Assembly (NCBI GenBank): GCA_027622665.1
Contig: JAQBYT010000004.1
Coordinates: 32,001-96,000, forward strand
From: Verrucomicrobiota bacterium
Lineage (GTDB): Bacteria > Verrucomicrobiota > Verrucomicrobiia > Opitutales > Seribacteraceae
Length of the DNA: 64,000 bases
Direction: 5' to 3'
Part shown: one piece after another, positions 30,652-40,900 of the stretch
How the letters are laid out: each line of letters begins with the position of its first letter
Position numbering within the stretch: position 1 is the stretch's first letter
Made by a program: the position numbers and the translations under genes
Notes under the pieces: generated by a model
Told to the model about the DNA's origin: nothing
Databases searched by the model: none
The model's input: the letters and a program-made list of their open reading frames with translations, nothing else

Positions 30652-31158
30652 ATGGAGCTTTCCGAAGAATTTATTCTTGAGCTGACTGAGGTGCAGCAAA
30701 GGCTTTTCGGCTTCCTGTTCAAGCGATTGGCTGATCGCGAGCAAGCTCGTGAGGTGTTGCAGCGGACCAACCTGGTTTTGTGCCGTAAGGCAGACAACTA
30801 CGAATCAGGAACTAATTTCAAGGCATGGGCGATGACCGTGGCCAACTACGAAGTGATGGCCTATCGCAAAACGCAGGTTCGCGAACGCTTGGTGTTCACC
30901 GCCGAAGTGGATGCCATGATTGGTCCGGATGAAGACGGGAGATCCTCCGCTCAATCGGCTCACCTCAGTCACTGCCTGCAAGGCATGTCGTCGAAAAACC
31001 GGGAACTTCTTGATTGGCGATATCAAGGAGAGCACACCATGGAGAAGATCGCCGAGGATATTGGCAGCACGATCGGGGCGGTGAAGGTGAAACTGCATCG
31101 CCTGCGCCGACAATTGCTGGGCTGCATTCAAAACCGCATGCAAGAGGACGGAATATGA
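30652..31158 (+). CDS. ECF sigma-70 factor (Rhodopirellula/Verrucomicrobium type)
   Basis: AREVLQRTNLVL...GTNFKAWAMTVA; region 4 IAEDIGSTIGAVKVKLHRLRRQLLGCI. Confidence 0.93.
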   Translation: MELSEEFILELTEVQQRLFGFLFKRLADREQAREVLQRTNLVLCRKADNYESGTNFKAWAMTVANYEVMAYRKTQVRERLVFTAEVDAMIGPDEDGRSSAQSAHLSHCLQGMSSKNRELLDWRYQGEHTMEKIAEDIGSTIGAVKVKLHRLRRQLLGCIQNRMQEDGI

Positions 31159-32513
31159 AAGAAGAAGAAAAGTTATGGAAAGATGAACTGGATGCCCTGC
31201 TCGGCAAATTGGTGGACGAGGGTCTCACGGTTGCGGACAAGGCGCGGTTGAACGAGATCCTGCAAACCGAACCCGGGGCTCGGGAGTTCTACCATGAATA
31301 CCTCGATCTTCATGGTGCCCTGGAGGAACGTCTGGGTGTCCCGGACTTCTCCCCACTCAACGCCGTAATCGATCCCGAAACCAAGGAGGAATCCAAACCA
31401 GTCTTCATTCCTTTCGGAAATTGGGGATGGGCGGTAGCGGCCGCGGTGGTGATTGGGTTGTTTATCCAGTTTTTTCTGGAGCAAGAGGAAACCGAGCCCG
31501 AGCTACCTATTGCTCAAATTACGAAATTAAGCGGTCCTCTGCTTTGGACGGGTGATGGTGGCCAAGTGAATCGTAACCTGCAAGCAGGCTCCAAACTCTT
31601 CGGTGGAACCATCGAGGGCATGGCTCCCGACGCTTGGTTCGAACTGGAGTTCAATGATGGCTCGCAAGTCGTGATTGCAGGCAACTCCATGCTGACCATT
31701 TCCGACCTCGGACAAAAGGAGCTGCGTCTCAGGGAGGGGAGCTTTTCCGCCAACGTCATGCCCCAACCCAAAGGCAAGCCCATGCTCGTGCGCACCCGCT
31801 CCGCCTTGTTTGAAGTCATGGGCACCAGATTCAGCGTGGATGCCGAGTTGTCTTCCTCCACGCTCACGGTCAACGAAGGCAAGGTGAGGGCCACCCGTCT
31901 CAGTGATGGCAGCTCAGTGGAAGTAACTGCCAAGCACCGGGTCGTCGCTGCCTTGGATTGCGAACTCGTACCCGAAAAAATGCCGGAGTCCGTTACCCTT
32001 TGGCAAAGCCATTTGGAAAACGGAAGAAAACGCAATCACGGCGAATGGATGCCGGCCAATGGGGCGGAGCCGGCTCACCTGAATACCGTGCCTTATACCT
32101 TGCCCGCCAAGGACGACCGTAAGCAAAGAACCATCCACACCTTGAGCATGCCGGTTTCTCAAGGCGACCACCCCCCGGTTATCTTGCAACCTGAAACCAA
32201 AATTCGCGTTCGAGGCAAGATCGCTTCGAGTCATCCCATTTGGTTTGGTATGACGCTAAGTCGTCAAAACGGCGATTTCGCCGGCCGCTTTCAGATCCGT
32301 CGATCCGCCGAAGAATTCCAGAGTGGGGAACCGTTCGAGGTCGTCCTGAACCTAAGTGACTATGAACTGGATCCCTCCCTTGCCCAATGGGCGGACTCTT
32401 TGCCTAAGACACCCTACGGATTGATCGTCAAGGGCGTTTGGTGCCACACGCTCTGGGATCCGGCAGGCTTGCAGGTTTCCGAAATGGCACTGATGACCCC
32501 TACCGATAAATGA
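31155..32513 (+). CDS. FecR-domain anti-sigma factor
   Basis: ATGA overlap with the sigma gene; RLNEILQTEPGAREFY; one TM segment; FEVMGTRFSV, VNEGKV. Confidence 0.88.
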   Translation: MKEEEKLWKDELDALLGKLVDEGLTVADKARLNEILQTEPGAREFYHEYLDLHGALEERLGVPDFSPLNAVIDPETKEESKPVFIPFGNWGWAVAAAVVIGLFIQFFLEQEETEPELPIAQITKLSGPLLWTGDGGQVNRNLQAGSKLFGGTIEGMAPDAWFELEFNDGSQVVIAGNSMLTISDLGQKELRLREGSFSANVMPQPKGKPMLVRTRSALFEVMGTRFSVDAELSSSTLTVNEGKVRATRLSDGSSVEVTAKHRVVAALDCELVPEKMPESVTLWQSHLENGRKRNHGEWMPANGAEPAHLNTVPYTLPAKDDRKQRTIHTLSMPVSQGDHPPVILQPETKIRVRGKIASSHPIWFGMTLSRQNGDFAGRFQIRRSAEEFQSGEPFEVVLNLSDYELDPSLAQWADSLPKTPYGLIVKGVWCHTLWDPAGLQVSEMALMTPTDK

Positions 32514-33205
32514 AGAGACATCCGGACACTTCCCCGAAAACAGGGAGCAAAAACGCGTTGTTATTTGCTGTCTTTCTGGGCTTCGTTGCGGTAGCGACGC
32601 CTGATGGCTTTGGGCAAGCCAATTCCAAGCCAACCAGCATCGAGGAGAAGACGAAGATTCATCGCCTGGCGACAACCAAGCGGGCGGTATATGATGCCTT
32701 CACATACCTGAACCGCATACCGGAAAAAGCGGAGGAAGGTGAGGAGATACTCGATTTCACTGCACGCGTATACAGTCGACTCGCTAATCAGGAAGGGCGT
32801 ATCCTCATCAAGCTACCACCGGGCATGAACCGCGAAGCCTACCTCGGTTACAAGACCTTCCTTAGCACCGACGCCAAGGTGAGCAACGGCAATTGCGTCG
32901 CCTGTCACGCACCTGAAAAATTCACCGACCTGAAGACACACGTGTTGAGTGGAGGCGCTAAAGCCCTGCCTACCCCTTCCCTGCGCAACATGAACAATCG
33001 CAATGTCCATATCCCCAAAGTGCTGCGTGCCAAACTCGCTGCGGCCAAGGAGCCCGGCGCATCGAAGGATTATCAGTTGATTAAGCTGAACAAGTCCGAC
33101 CTCACACATCTCGAGGCGTTCCTCAAGCAGCTTAATGACGTGGACGACATAAATTTTCGGGAACTTATTCTTAAAGCCAAGGTTTTGGATCCCTCAGGAA
33201 ATTAA
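32510..33205 (+). CDS. Exported monohaem cytochrome c resembling the C-terminal half of CcP/MauG
   Basis: GNCVACH...FTD...PTPSLRN. Confidence 0.7.
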   Translation: MKRHPDTSPKTGSKNALLFAVFLGFVAVATPDGFGQANSKPTSIEEKTKIHRLATTKRAVYDAFTYLNRIPEKAEEGEEILDFTARVYSRLANQEGRILIKLPPGMNREAYLGYKTFLSTDAKVSNGNCVACHAPEKFTDLKTHVLSGGAKALPTPSLRNMNNRNVHIPKVLRAKLAAAKEPGASKDYQLIKLNKSDLTHLEAFLKQLNDVDDINFRELILKAKVLDPSGN

Positions 33206-33206
33206 T

Positions 33207-35144
33207 ATGAAACAAAAAATAACGCTCACTATCTTAGCTTTCGCGTTGTCGGTTTCGCTGGCGGACGCTAACGAGATTCGCGGCAAGACCACAAAAGATG
33301 GCAAAGGCGTTGGCGGTGTGTTCGTTTCCGCTCACGATACGGAAAACCGCAAGGCCTCGGGCGTATTTACCGCCTCCGACGGTACCTATGTCATCGATGG
33401 TCTGCGCGAAAAGGATTATCGGGTACGCGCACGGCAAAAAGGCCTGAACGACGTTTGGCTCGACGAGATCACCGCCGGTTCCAAAGGCATCGAAATCAAG
33501 ATGACGAACGCCACCGGATGGAAACTTGAACGCCAGCGTACGGCCGATAGTGCCTTTGGTATGCTCAAATTTGATGATGTCCGCGACAAGCTGAACTTCA
33601 AAATGTTCTGTGCCTACTGTCACCAGATCGGCACGGTTGGCTTCCGTACCCCGGAAGAACCGGTGGACTGGGAAACCATGATCCGGCGAATGGATGGGTT
33701 CGGCGGCCTCTATTCGCATACCAAGCGCACAATCGTAAAGCGCATCATGGACTCTTACACAGGGGAGGCCGTCGACAATTGGCTGAAGTATGTGCCTCCA
33801 CCCCCTCCTGCTGGAGCAGCCACCAAGGCGAAGATCACCTGGTGGGAGATGGGCAAACGCTACGAGTCGCAGTACCATGACATCGATCTCACTCCGGATG
33901 GTCGATTGATCTATGCGGTAAATATAACAAAGAATTATATTGTGACCGTGGATACCAAAACCGACAAACAGGTTTACAAAAAATTCCCCCGTGGCTCTTA
34001 CGGAGCACATTCCATTGAGCCGGACAACGACGGCCACATGTGGGTTACAATGTGTGCCTCAGGCCAGATGGCAAAGTACGACATCCATAATAAAGAGATT
34101 GAGGTATACAGTAGTGCCGAGGCTCCTGCGAAACGGGGCGGATACCCGCACACCTTACGGATCAACCCGAAGGATCCCGAGGGACTCATCTGGTACACGG
34201 ATGCCGGACGCAACTCGGTATTTTCCTTGCACCCGAAAACCAAGCTCGTGAAGGAATACCATCTCTTAAGCGCAAACCAAGCCGTCGCCGCAGGGAAAGG
34301 AGAGAGTAAAGGTATCACGCCCTATGGCATCGATTTCTCTCCGGTCGACGGCATGATCTGGTACAGCAAACTCAACGGCAACCGCATCGGACGTATTGAC
34401 CCGAGCAAGCTCGACGGCGACGTCAAGGAATGGAATCCCCCTTTCCGTGGTCCAAGGCGACTGCACGTTGCCCCGGACGGAATAATTTGGGTCCCTGGTT
34501 TTGGCTCGGGTGTATTTGGGAAGTTCGATCCCGATACCGAGAAATGGCTTGTGTACGACCTGCCGAACAAGGACAACCAAATCCCCTACGCCCTCAACGT
34601 TGCCCCTAATGGGCATGTGTGGATCTGTGGGACCGGCAACGACACCATTCATCGATTCAATCCAAAGACTGAGATGCTCGTAACGTATCCTTTGCCCAAC
34701 AGGGTAAGCTACACGCGAGAGATCGAGTTCGACACTGATGGCAACGTATGGACTCCAACAAGCGGGCCCTCCCGTCATATGGAGACCGGCTATGGCGCCA
34801 TCATCAAGATTGAGCCCAACGACCTGAGTGACTCAGGTGGCATCAAGCTCAAGGGTTATATGCCTGACCGCAGCAAGCTCACCTACGAGCAACCCCGTAG
34901 GATTAACTACAATGGTTCCAACGCCAAGTTACTTACCCGGATTGCCAAAATTCAACTCCCACAAGCCTACCTCAACGGCAAACACCAGCCATACGTCGAT
35001 GCACGAATGAAGAATTTAACCAACCAACAAAAACACCGCATCCATATTCTATGGCAGGAACTGCGTAAGTCTGACCCGGACATGCCCAATGCCGGTCAAT
35101 CCTTTGTGCGGATCATGGAGTACGTGTTCAATAACGTTAAATAA
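33207..35144 (+). CDS. Exported protein: carboxypeptidase-regulatory-like domain + c-type haem + Vgb-like beta-propeller + unrecognised C-terminal helical module
   Basis: FTASDGTYVIDGL; CAYCHQIG; IWYTD, PYGIDFSPVDGMIWY, GPRRLHVAPDGIIWV, PYALNVAPNGHVW. Confidence 0.8.
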   Translation: MKQKITLTILAFALSVSLADANEIRGKTTKDGKGVGGVFVSAHDTENRKASGVFTASDGTYVIDGLREKDYRVRARQKGLNDVWLDEITAGSKGIEIKMTNATGWKLERQRTADSAFGMLKFDDVRDKLNFKMFCAYCHQIGTVGFRTPEEPVDWETMIRRMDGFGGLYSHTKRTIVKRIMDSYTGEAVDNWLKYVPPPPPAGAATKAKITWWEMGKRYESQYHDIDLTPDGRLIYAVNITKNYIVTVDTKTDKQVYKKFPRGSYGAHSIEPDNDGHMWVTMCASGQMAKYDIHNKEIEVYSSAEAPAKRGGYPHTLRINPKDPEGLIWYTDAGRNSVFSLHPKTKLVKEYHLLSANQAVAAGKGESKGITPYGIDFSPVDGMIWYSKLNGNRIGRIDPSKLDGDVKEWNPPFRGPRRLHVAPDGIIWVPGFGSGVFGKFDPDTEKWLVYDLPNKDNQIPYALNVAPNGHVWICGTGNDTIHRFNPKTEMLVTYPLPNRVSYTREIEFDTDGNVWTPTSGPSRHMETGYGAIIKIEPNDLSDSGGIKLKGYMPDRSKLTYEQPRRINYNGSNAKLLTRIAKIQLPQAYLNGKHQPYVDARMKNLTNQQKHRIHILWQELRKSDPDMPNAGQSFVRIMEYVFNNVK

Positions 35145-35146
35145 TC

Positions 35147-35851
35147 ATGAAGATCCTTGCTTTGTTACTCCTTTCGACCGCGTCTGCAATGGCCGCGGAG
35201 GTTTCCGGCGTCATCAAGCTTGACGGCCCACAACCCAAGCGTCCGCCGCTACAGCTTACCCCCGAAAGCCGCAAGCTCTACGAGGGGCTTCCCTACCCAC
35301 AAGACGAAGTGGAACTGGTTAATGCCAAGAGTGAAATCCAGAACGTCTTTGTCTATATCCGCAAAGGTCTGCCCGCTGGTAAGACCTACCCTGCGCCGAA
35401 AAAGGCGGCCTTGCTCGACCAGCAACGGTCCATGTTCCGTCCGCGCATTCAAGGCCTGTTCGTCGGTCAGGAATTCACAATGCGCAACAGTGATCCCATC
35501 ATCCATAACGTGCGCTCTCTTTCGCAGGAAAACCGGCCCTTCAACGTTGCTCAACCAGCCGGCACGCCCGACCGCTTAAAGCGGTTCAGCGACAAGGAAG
35601 GTCCCATCGAGTTGCGCTGTGACTACCACCGTTGGATGCGGGCGTTTGTTTTCGTAATGGAGCATCCCTTCTTCGGAGTCACCGATGCGCAAGGCCGATT
35701 TACCATCAAGAATCTCCCACCCGGCGAATACGTTTTGGCCACTTGGCATGAGTCATTTGGTGAAAACAAGCAAACCATCCAAGTTGCCGTTGACGGATTA
35801 AAGAAGGTAAACTTCACTTACAAACCGAAGAAAGGATTGAATTTCGAGTGA
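35147..35851 (+). CDS. Exported cupredoxin-like/carboxypeptidase-regulatory-like protein
   Basis: NSDPIIHNV...CDYHRWM (possible type-1 Cu ligands); TDAQGRFTIKNLPPGEY. Confidence 0.75.
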   Translation: MKILALLLLSTASAMAAEVSGVIKLDGPQPKRPPLQLTPESRKLYEGLPYPQDEVELVNAKSEIQNVFVYIRKGLPAGKTYPAPKKAALLDQQRSMFRPRIQGLFVGQEFTMRNSDPIIHNVRSLSQENRPFNVAQPAGTPDRLKRFSDKEGPIELRCDYHRWMRAFVFVMEHPFFGVTDAQGRFTIKNLPPGEYVLATWHESFGENKQTIQVAVDGLKKVNFTYKPKKGLNFE

Positions 35852-37860
35852 GAAGCCTCTGCCTAATACTGCTTGCGTTGCTGAACGTTTCCTTGGTCGC
35901 CGCACCGAGGGAAATAGGTAATCCGTCCTTTCTCAGCCCGCATGCCCGGCCTATCGTTGCGCACGGGGATTACGTTTTCGTGGCCAACACTCCCTCGGAC
36001 ACCGTCGACGTCATCGACGCGAAATCGCGCAAAATCATCCACCGCATCGACGTGGGCATCGATCCTGTCAGCCTGGCCGTTCGTCCCGATGGCCGTGAAC
36101 TGTGGGTGGCCAATCACGTTTCCGATTCGGTCAGCGTGATTGACCTCGATCAGTCGAAAAAAACCTTCATGCACGTCGTCGCCACCGTTCAAGATATCAA
36201 CCCAAAGACCAAGGCCACCCGCTTCGACGAACCCATTGGGATTGCCTTTGCCAACGACAGGAAGGCTTACGTCGCCCTGTCCTCAGAGAACAAAATCGCG
36301 GTGGTGGACGTCGCTAGCCGAAAAGTGACCAAGGGCTTGCCGGTCCGGGCTCAGGACCCCCGGGCCATCATGGTGCGCAACGGCAAACTGTACGTCCTTC
36401 CTTTCGAGTCCAACAACAAGACCCAGTTGTCCGGCGGATACAAGATCGATGGCAAGCTCGTTACCTTCAACGCCCATGAGCATTCCATTGCCAATAACAA
36501 CGTTTTGTCCTTGGGTCACGTGACCGATATCGTGAAGCACCCGCGCGTTCCCGACCGGGACTTGTTCGTATTCGACGTGAAGACCGACAACCTCATTCAG
36601 ACCGTCGATACCCTCGGCACCTTGCTTTACGGCATGACTGTGGATTCCAAGGGTACGGTCTTCGTTGCCCAGACCGATGCCAGGAACGACGTCAACGGTC
36701 GGGCAGGGACCAAAAAGCACGGTCTCAAGGAACTGGGCAACCGGGCTTTTCTCAACCAAGTCACCAAGGTTCGCTTTGAGGGAGGCAAGGCCCGCAAGCC
36801 CGAGTTTCTCGATCTGGAGCCTTTGCCCCCGCAAAACCCGGCGGATGGGATGGCCTTGGCCACACCTTTCGCCATAGAGGTGAGCGGGGACGATTCCACA
36901 CTCTTCGTTTCGGCGGCGGGTTCGGACAAGGTTTTCTCGATGGATGCGGTTAGCGGTAAAGTAATTGGACGGGTCAAGGTCGGGGCGGTTCCCCGTGGGA
37001 TCGCCCTTTCGCCCGCTCATGGTGGTAAGCCCAAGCGGGCCTGGGTCCTCAATGCGGTGGAGAACTCGGTTTCCGTTCTCGACGTCTCCAATCCCAGAAG
37101 CCTCCGAGTGGTCCGGACGATTCCCCTTGAAGATCACTCCCATCCCGAGTTCAAGGCCGGGCGGATTGCTTTCAATCGGGCCGATGCTTCATCGACCAAG
37201 ACTTTTTCCTGCGCCAGTTGTCACCCGGACGGGCATACCGATCAATTGCTCTGGGTCTTGAAGACTCCGATTGTTTCGGGGGGCAACCAGATCATGCCCC
37301 GTTCCACCATGCCGGTGCGCGGCCTGCGCGACACTGCTCCTTTTCACTGGGACGGCATCCCGGGCGATCCCTACGGAGGCACCAACAGCGCCAGCGTACG
37401 CAAGGCGGTCAAGCCAAACAGCGATCCGAACGACCCGACCAGCGCTCCTCGCCACTTGGTGGACGCGGGTTTGGCCTCGACCATGAAGCTGGTGGGGGAC
37501 GACTCGACAAACGACGAGGGGAAAGCGGGCTTGATGACCTCCGCGGAACGGGACTCCCTGTCCAAGTTCCTGCTCGGAGTGACTTACCCACCTGCTCAAC
37601 GCCGAGCCTATGAGAATGAGCTGAGTCAAGAAGCGGAAGCAAATCGTCCTACCTCACCATCAGGTCGACTATGTCCGTCAGGTTTCGTGGCACAAATCCC
37701 CATACGGCGAGTTGCTCAAGAAGATCGACGCCATGCCGGCGCCGAAAGGCATCCCGGTCAACAAGACGCTCGACAAGCACTTCAAGAAGCGAATGGCGAG
37801 CTTCACCGAAAAGCAGCGAGGCCGGTTCAATACCTTGCGCCAAGGAATGGATCGCGTTGA
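35848..37860 (+). CDS. YncE/YVTN beta-propeller fused to a cytochrome c peroxidase-like haem domain; 3' end apparently truncated near 37635
   Basis: VGIDPVSLAVRPDGRELWVAN repeats; SCASCHPDG; APFHWDG; tail after ELSQEAE looks out of frame. Confidence 0.75.
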   Translation: MRSLCLILLALLNVSLVAAPREIGNPSFLSPHARPIVAHGDYVFVANTPSDTVDVIDAKSRKIIHRIDVGIDPVSLAVRPDGRELWVANHVSDSVSVIDLDQSKKTFMHVVATVQDINPKTKATRFDEPIGIAFANDRKAYVALSSENKIAVVDVASRKVTKGLPVRAQDPRAIMVRNGKLYVLPFESNNKTQLSGGYKIDGKLVTFNAHEHSIANNNVLSLGHVTDIVKHPRVPDRDLFVFDVKTDNLIQTVDTLGTLLYGMTVDSKGTVFVAQTDARNDVNGRAGTKKHGLKELGNRAFLNQVTKVRFEGGKARKPEFLDLEPLPPQNPADGMALATPFAIEVSGDDSTLFVSAAGSDKVFSMDAVSGKVIGRVKVGAVPRGIALSPAHGGKPKRAWVLNAVENSVSVLDVSNPRSLRVVRTIPLEDHSHPEFKAGRIAFNRADASSTKTFSCASCHPDGHTDQLLWVLKTPIVSGGNQIMPRSTMPVRGLRDTAPFHWDGIPGDPYGGTNSASVRKAVKPNSDPNDPTSAPRHLVDAGLASTMKLVGDDSTNDEGKAGLMTSAERDSLSKFLLGVTYPPAQRRAYENELSQEAEANRPTSPSGRLCPSGFVAQIPIRRVAQEDRRHAGAERHPGQQDARQALQEANGELHRKAARPVQYLAPRNGSR

Positions 37861-37930
37861 TCCCAACATGGAAAATCGCGGGCTTTCGTACCTCAAGATT
37901 CTCGAATACATCCATCATAATGAGAAGTAG
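37625..37930 (+). pseudogene. Orphan 3' gene fragment carrying the shared helical module
   Basis: Frame open from 37625: ...PYGELLKKIDAMPAP...DPNMENRGLSYLKILEYI. Confidence 0.65.
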
Positions 37931-37959
37931 ATGGAGTGAATGCTGACTGAATAAATAAC

Positions 37960-40900
37960 GTGAAACCCATCCCCGCATTTTTATGCTCCCTGTTGCTACT
38001 TTGCCAAGGCTTTGCCAAGGACAAACAGCCCAATGTCGTCACTCTACTCGTCGACGACCTCGGCTACCGCGACCTCGGCTGTTACGGTGGTCCCGTCAAG
38101 ACCCCGGTCCTCGACAAGTTGGCTGCAGGGGGTGTGCGCTTCACCGATTTTCACTCGGGAGCGCCTTCCTGTTCCCCCTCGCGCGCCACCTTTCTCACGG
38201 GCCGCAACCATCGTCGCACCGGAGTCTACTCCGTCATCACCGAACGCCTTCACAAGATGCATCTCTCGAAGAGCGAAACGACCATCGCGGAGGTGCTCAA
38301 GGAAAACGGCTACGGCACCGCCCACTTCGGCAAGTGGCACCTAGGCATGCCCGTCCAAAATCGCAAGAATCCCACCCCCGGCGATCATGGCTTCGACTAC
38401 TGGTTCGGCCTCGTCAATGGCCCGGGCCCTAGCCACAAGAACCCGACCCAGTTTCTGCGCAATGGTAAACGCGTGGGACAGATGAAAGGCTACTCCTGCC
38501 AAATCGTCGTCGATGAGGCCCTTACCTGGCTCGATGAAAAGCGCGACGACGACGAGCCCTTCTTTCTCAATCTCTGGTTCAACGAACCCCACGCCCCGAT
38601 CGCGGCGCCCGACGAGATCGTCTCCCAGTATGGCGCGCTCAACGATCAAGCCGCGATCTACAGCGGCACCATCGACAACACGGATCGGGCGATTGGGCGA
38701 CTCGTCGCCAAGCTCGAGCAACTCGGCGAGCTCGACAACACCATTATTCACTACTCCTCCGACAACGGCAGTTACCGTCAGGAGCGCAGCGGAGAACTGC
38801 GTGGCCAGAAAGGGTCGCTCTTCGAAGGCGGGCACCGCGTTCCCGGGATCATTTGCTGGAAAGGCGGAATCCCCGGCGGTCGCGTCGAGGACGAGCCTGC
38901 AGGAGCGGTCGACCTACTCCCGACCCTCTGCGGATTGATCGGTATCGAAAAACCCGCGAAGGTCCATCTCGACGGCTCCGACCTCGCTCCTCTGCTCACC
39001 AAGTCAGGCAACTTCGAGAGGCATCAGCCCCTCTTCTGGATGAGTGAGGGACCCATGGTCATGAGAGTGGGGGATCACACTCTTTTTGCATCCGTCACTG
39101 CGAAATCGTCGATCGACTTTAAAGTCGCCGATCGACTCACGGAGCAAATCAAGGAAGTCCTCGGCGATGATCTCGAGAAAGTGCTGGACGGAATGGATGT
39201 TAAGGATCTTCGCTCCCGCCTATTTAATCACGGGAGATTAGCCAATCCCGAGGCCGACCGACTGCGGAACCAACTTCGGGACTTGTACTACTTCAACGAA
39301 GCGTGGATCCCCGAACTCAAAAAGAGCGGGATCGGCCGTGTTCAACTGTATGACCTATCGAAGGATCTCGGTCAGCAAAACGACATTGCGAAAGAGCGCC
39401 CCGAACTCGTCGCCCGACTGAAAAAGCAGGCCGCTGCCATTCACAGAAGTGTCATGGCCGAAGCTCCGGAATGGCTCACCCCTGAAGAACAGGCCGCCGC
39501 GAAGAAGCCTCAAGCAGATTCACCTGATCGGCCCGCCACCGGAGCACCCGAGACCGATACCGCGAAGCTCCTCGCCCGCATCGACAAGAATGACATTCCC
39601 AAGGTCTACCACGGAAGCCGCCACCAGGCCTACGTCGACAAGGTCATGGCCGGAATCAAACCCGAACAGCGTGCCCGGGTCGGCCAACTCTGGAAAGAAA
39701 AGCGCCGCCTCGATTCTGACATGTCCAACCCGGGAGCCTCTTTCGTCAGGATTCTCACCTACGTCGCCGGAGAGGCAGGAAAAAGCAAATCGCCCAATGT
39801 TGTTTTCTTGCTTGCCGATGACCTGGGCTGGAAGGATATCGGCTGCTATGGCGGCCCGGTGAAGACGCCCGCACTCGATACACTCGCCGCCAAGGGGATG
39901 CGCTTTACTGATTTCCATTCGGGTGCGGCGGTCTGTTCGACTTCTCGAGCCACAATCCTGACCGGACGGCATCACATTCGTGCGGGCCTGTACAGCTGGA
40001 TCATGAATCACATCCAGCATTCGCATCTACTCGAACGCGAGATCACGCTCGCCGAAATGCTCAAAGCCCACGGCTACACCACTGCACACATGGGCAAATG
40101 GCACCTTGGTACGTCCTCAGGTAAATTGAAAAAACCGACCCTCAACGATCACGGGTTTGATTACTGGTTCGCAACTGCCAATAACGCAAACCCAAGCCAC
40201 CTCAATCCAGTCAACTTTGTTCGCAATGGCAAACGCCTTGGCCAGCTCAAAGGCTACTCCTGTCAACTCGTGGTCGATGAAGCCATTCATTGGCTGGAAA
40301 AGGAACGCGACCCAAAAAAGCCATTCTTCCTGAACCTGTGGTTCCACGAACCGCATGCGCCAATTGCCGCACCGGACGAACTCGTGAAGCCCTATGGCCC
40401 ACTCAAGAATCCCAGCGCTATCTATTCGGGCACCATCGATAAGACCGACCGCGCCATCGCGCGACTCCTCAAGAAGCTGCACGCCATCGACAAGCCTGAG
40501 AACACCATCATCATTTATTCCTCAGACAACGGCAGTTACCGCCACGATCGCGTGGGTCATTTGCGCGGCATCAAGGGCAGTAACTATGAGGGAGGCATCC
40601 GTGTGCCGGGCATTTTTTATTGGCCCGGTCACATCCCTTCCGGACGAACCGAGGATGAACCTTCGGGTCTGGTGGATTTACTCCCCACAATCTGTGGATT
40701 GGTGGGCATCAATAAACCTGAGGGTGTACACTTGGATGGAGCCGATCTCTCACCACTGTTGACTGGAAAAGGCAAGTTCAAGCGGAAGCAACACATGGCC
40801 TGGATTAGCCCACTCTCCGGACCCGCGCTGGCCATTCGTGATGGTGATTGGAGCTTATGCGCTCACGTAGCCTATGAGTTTCCCAAGGACAAAAAAAAGA

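Noticed and set aside
25118..30672. The repeated GTAACCCATCT element as a CRISPR array
   Set aside because: Only three copies, spaced 5.4 kb and 109 bp apart, with a two-box promoter-like conservation pattern and no cas genes.
33207..35144. Calling the Vgb-like protein a streptogramin-resistance lyase
   Set aside because: Only the propeller fold is similar; the signal peptide, haem motif and operon context argue against an antibiotic-resistance role.
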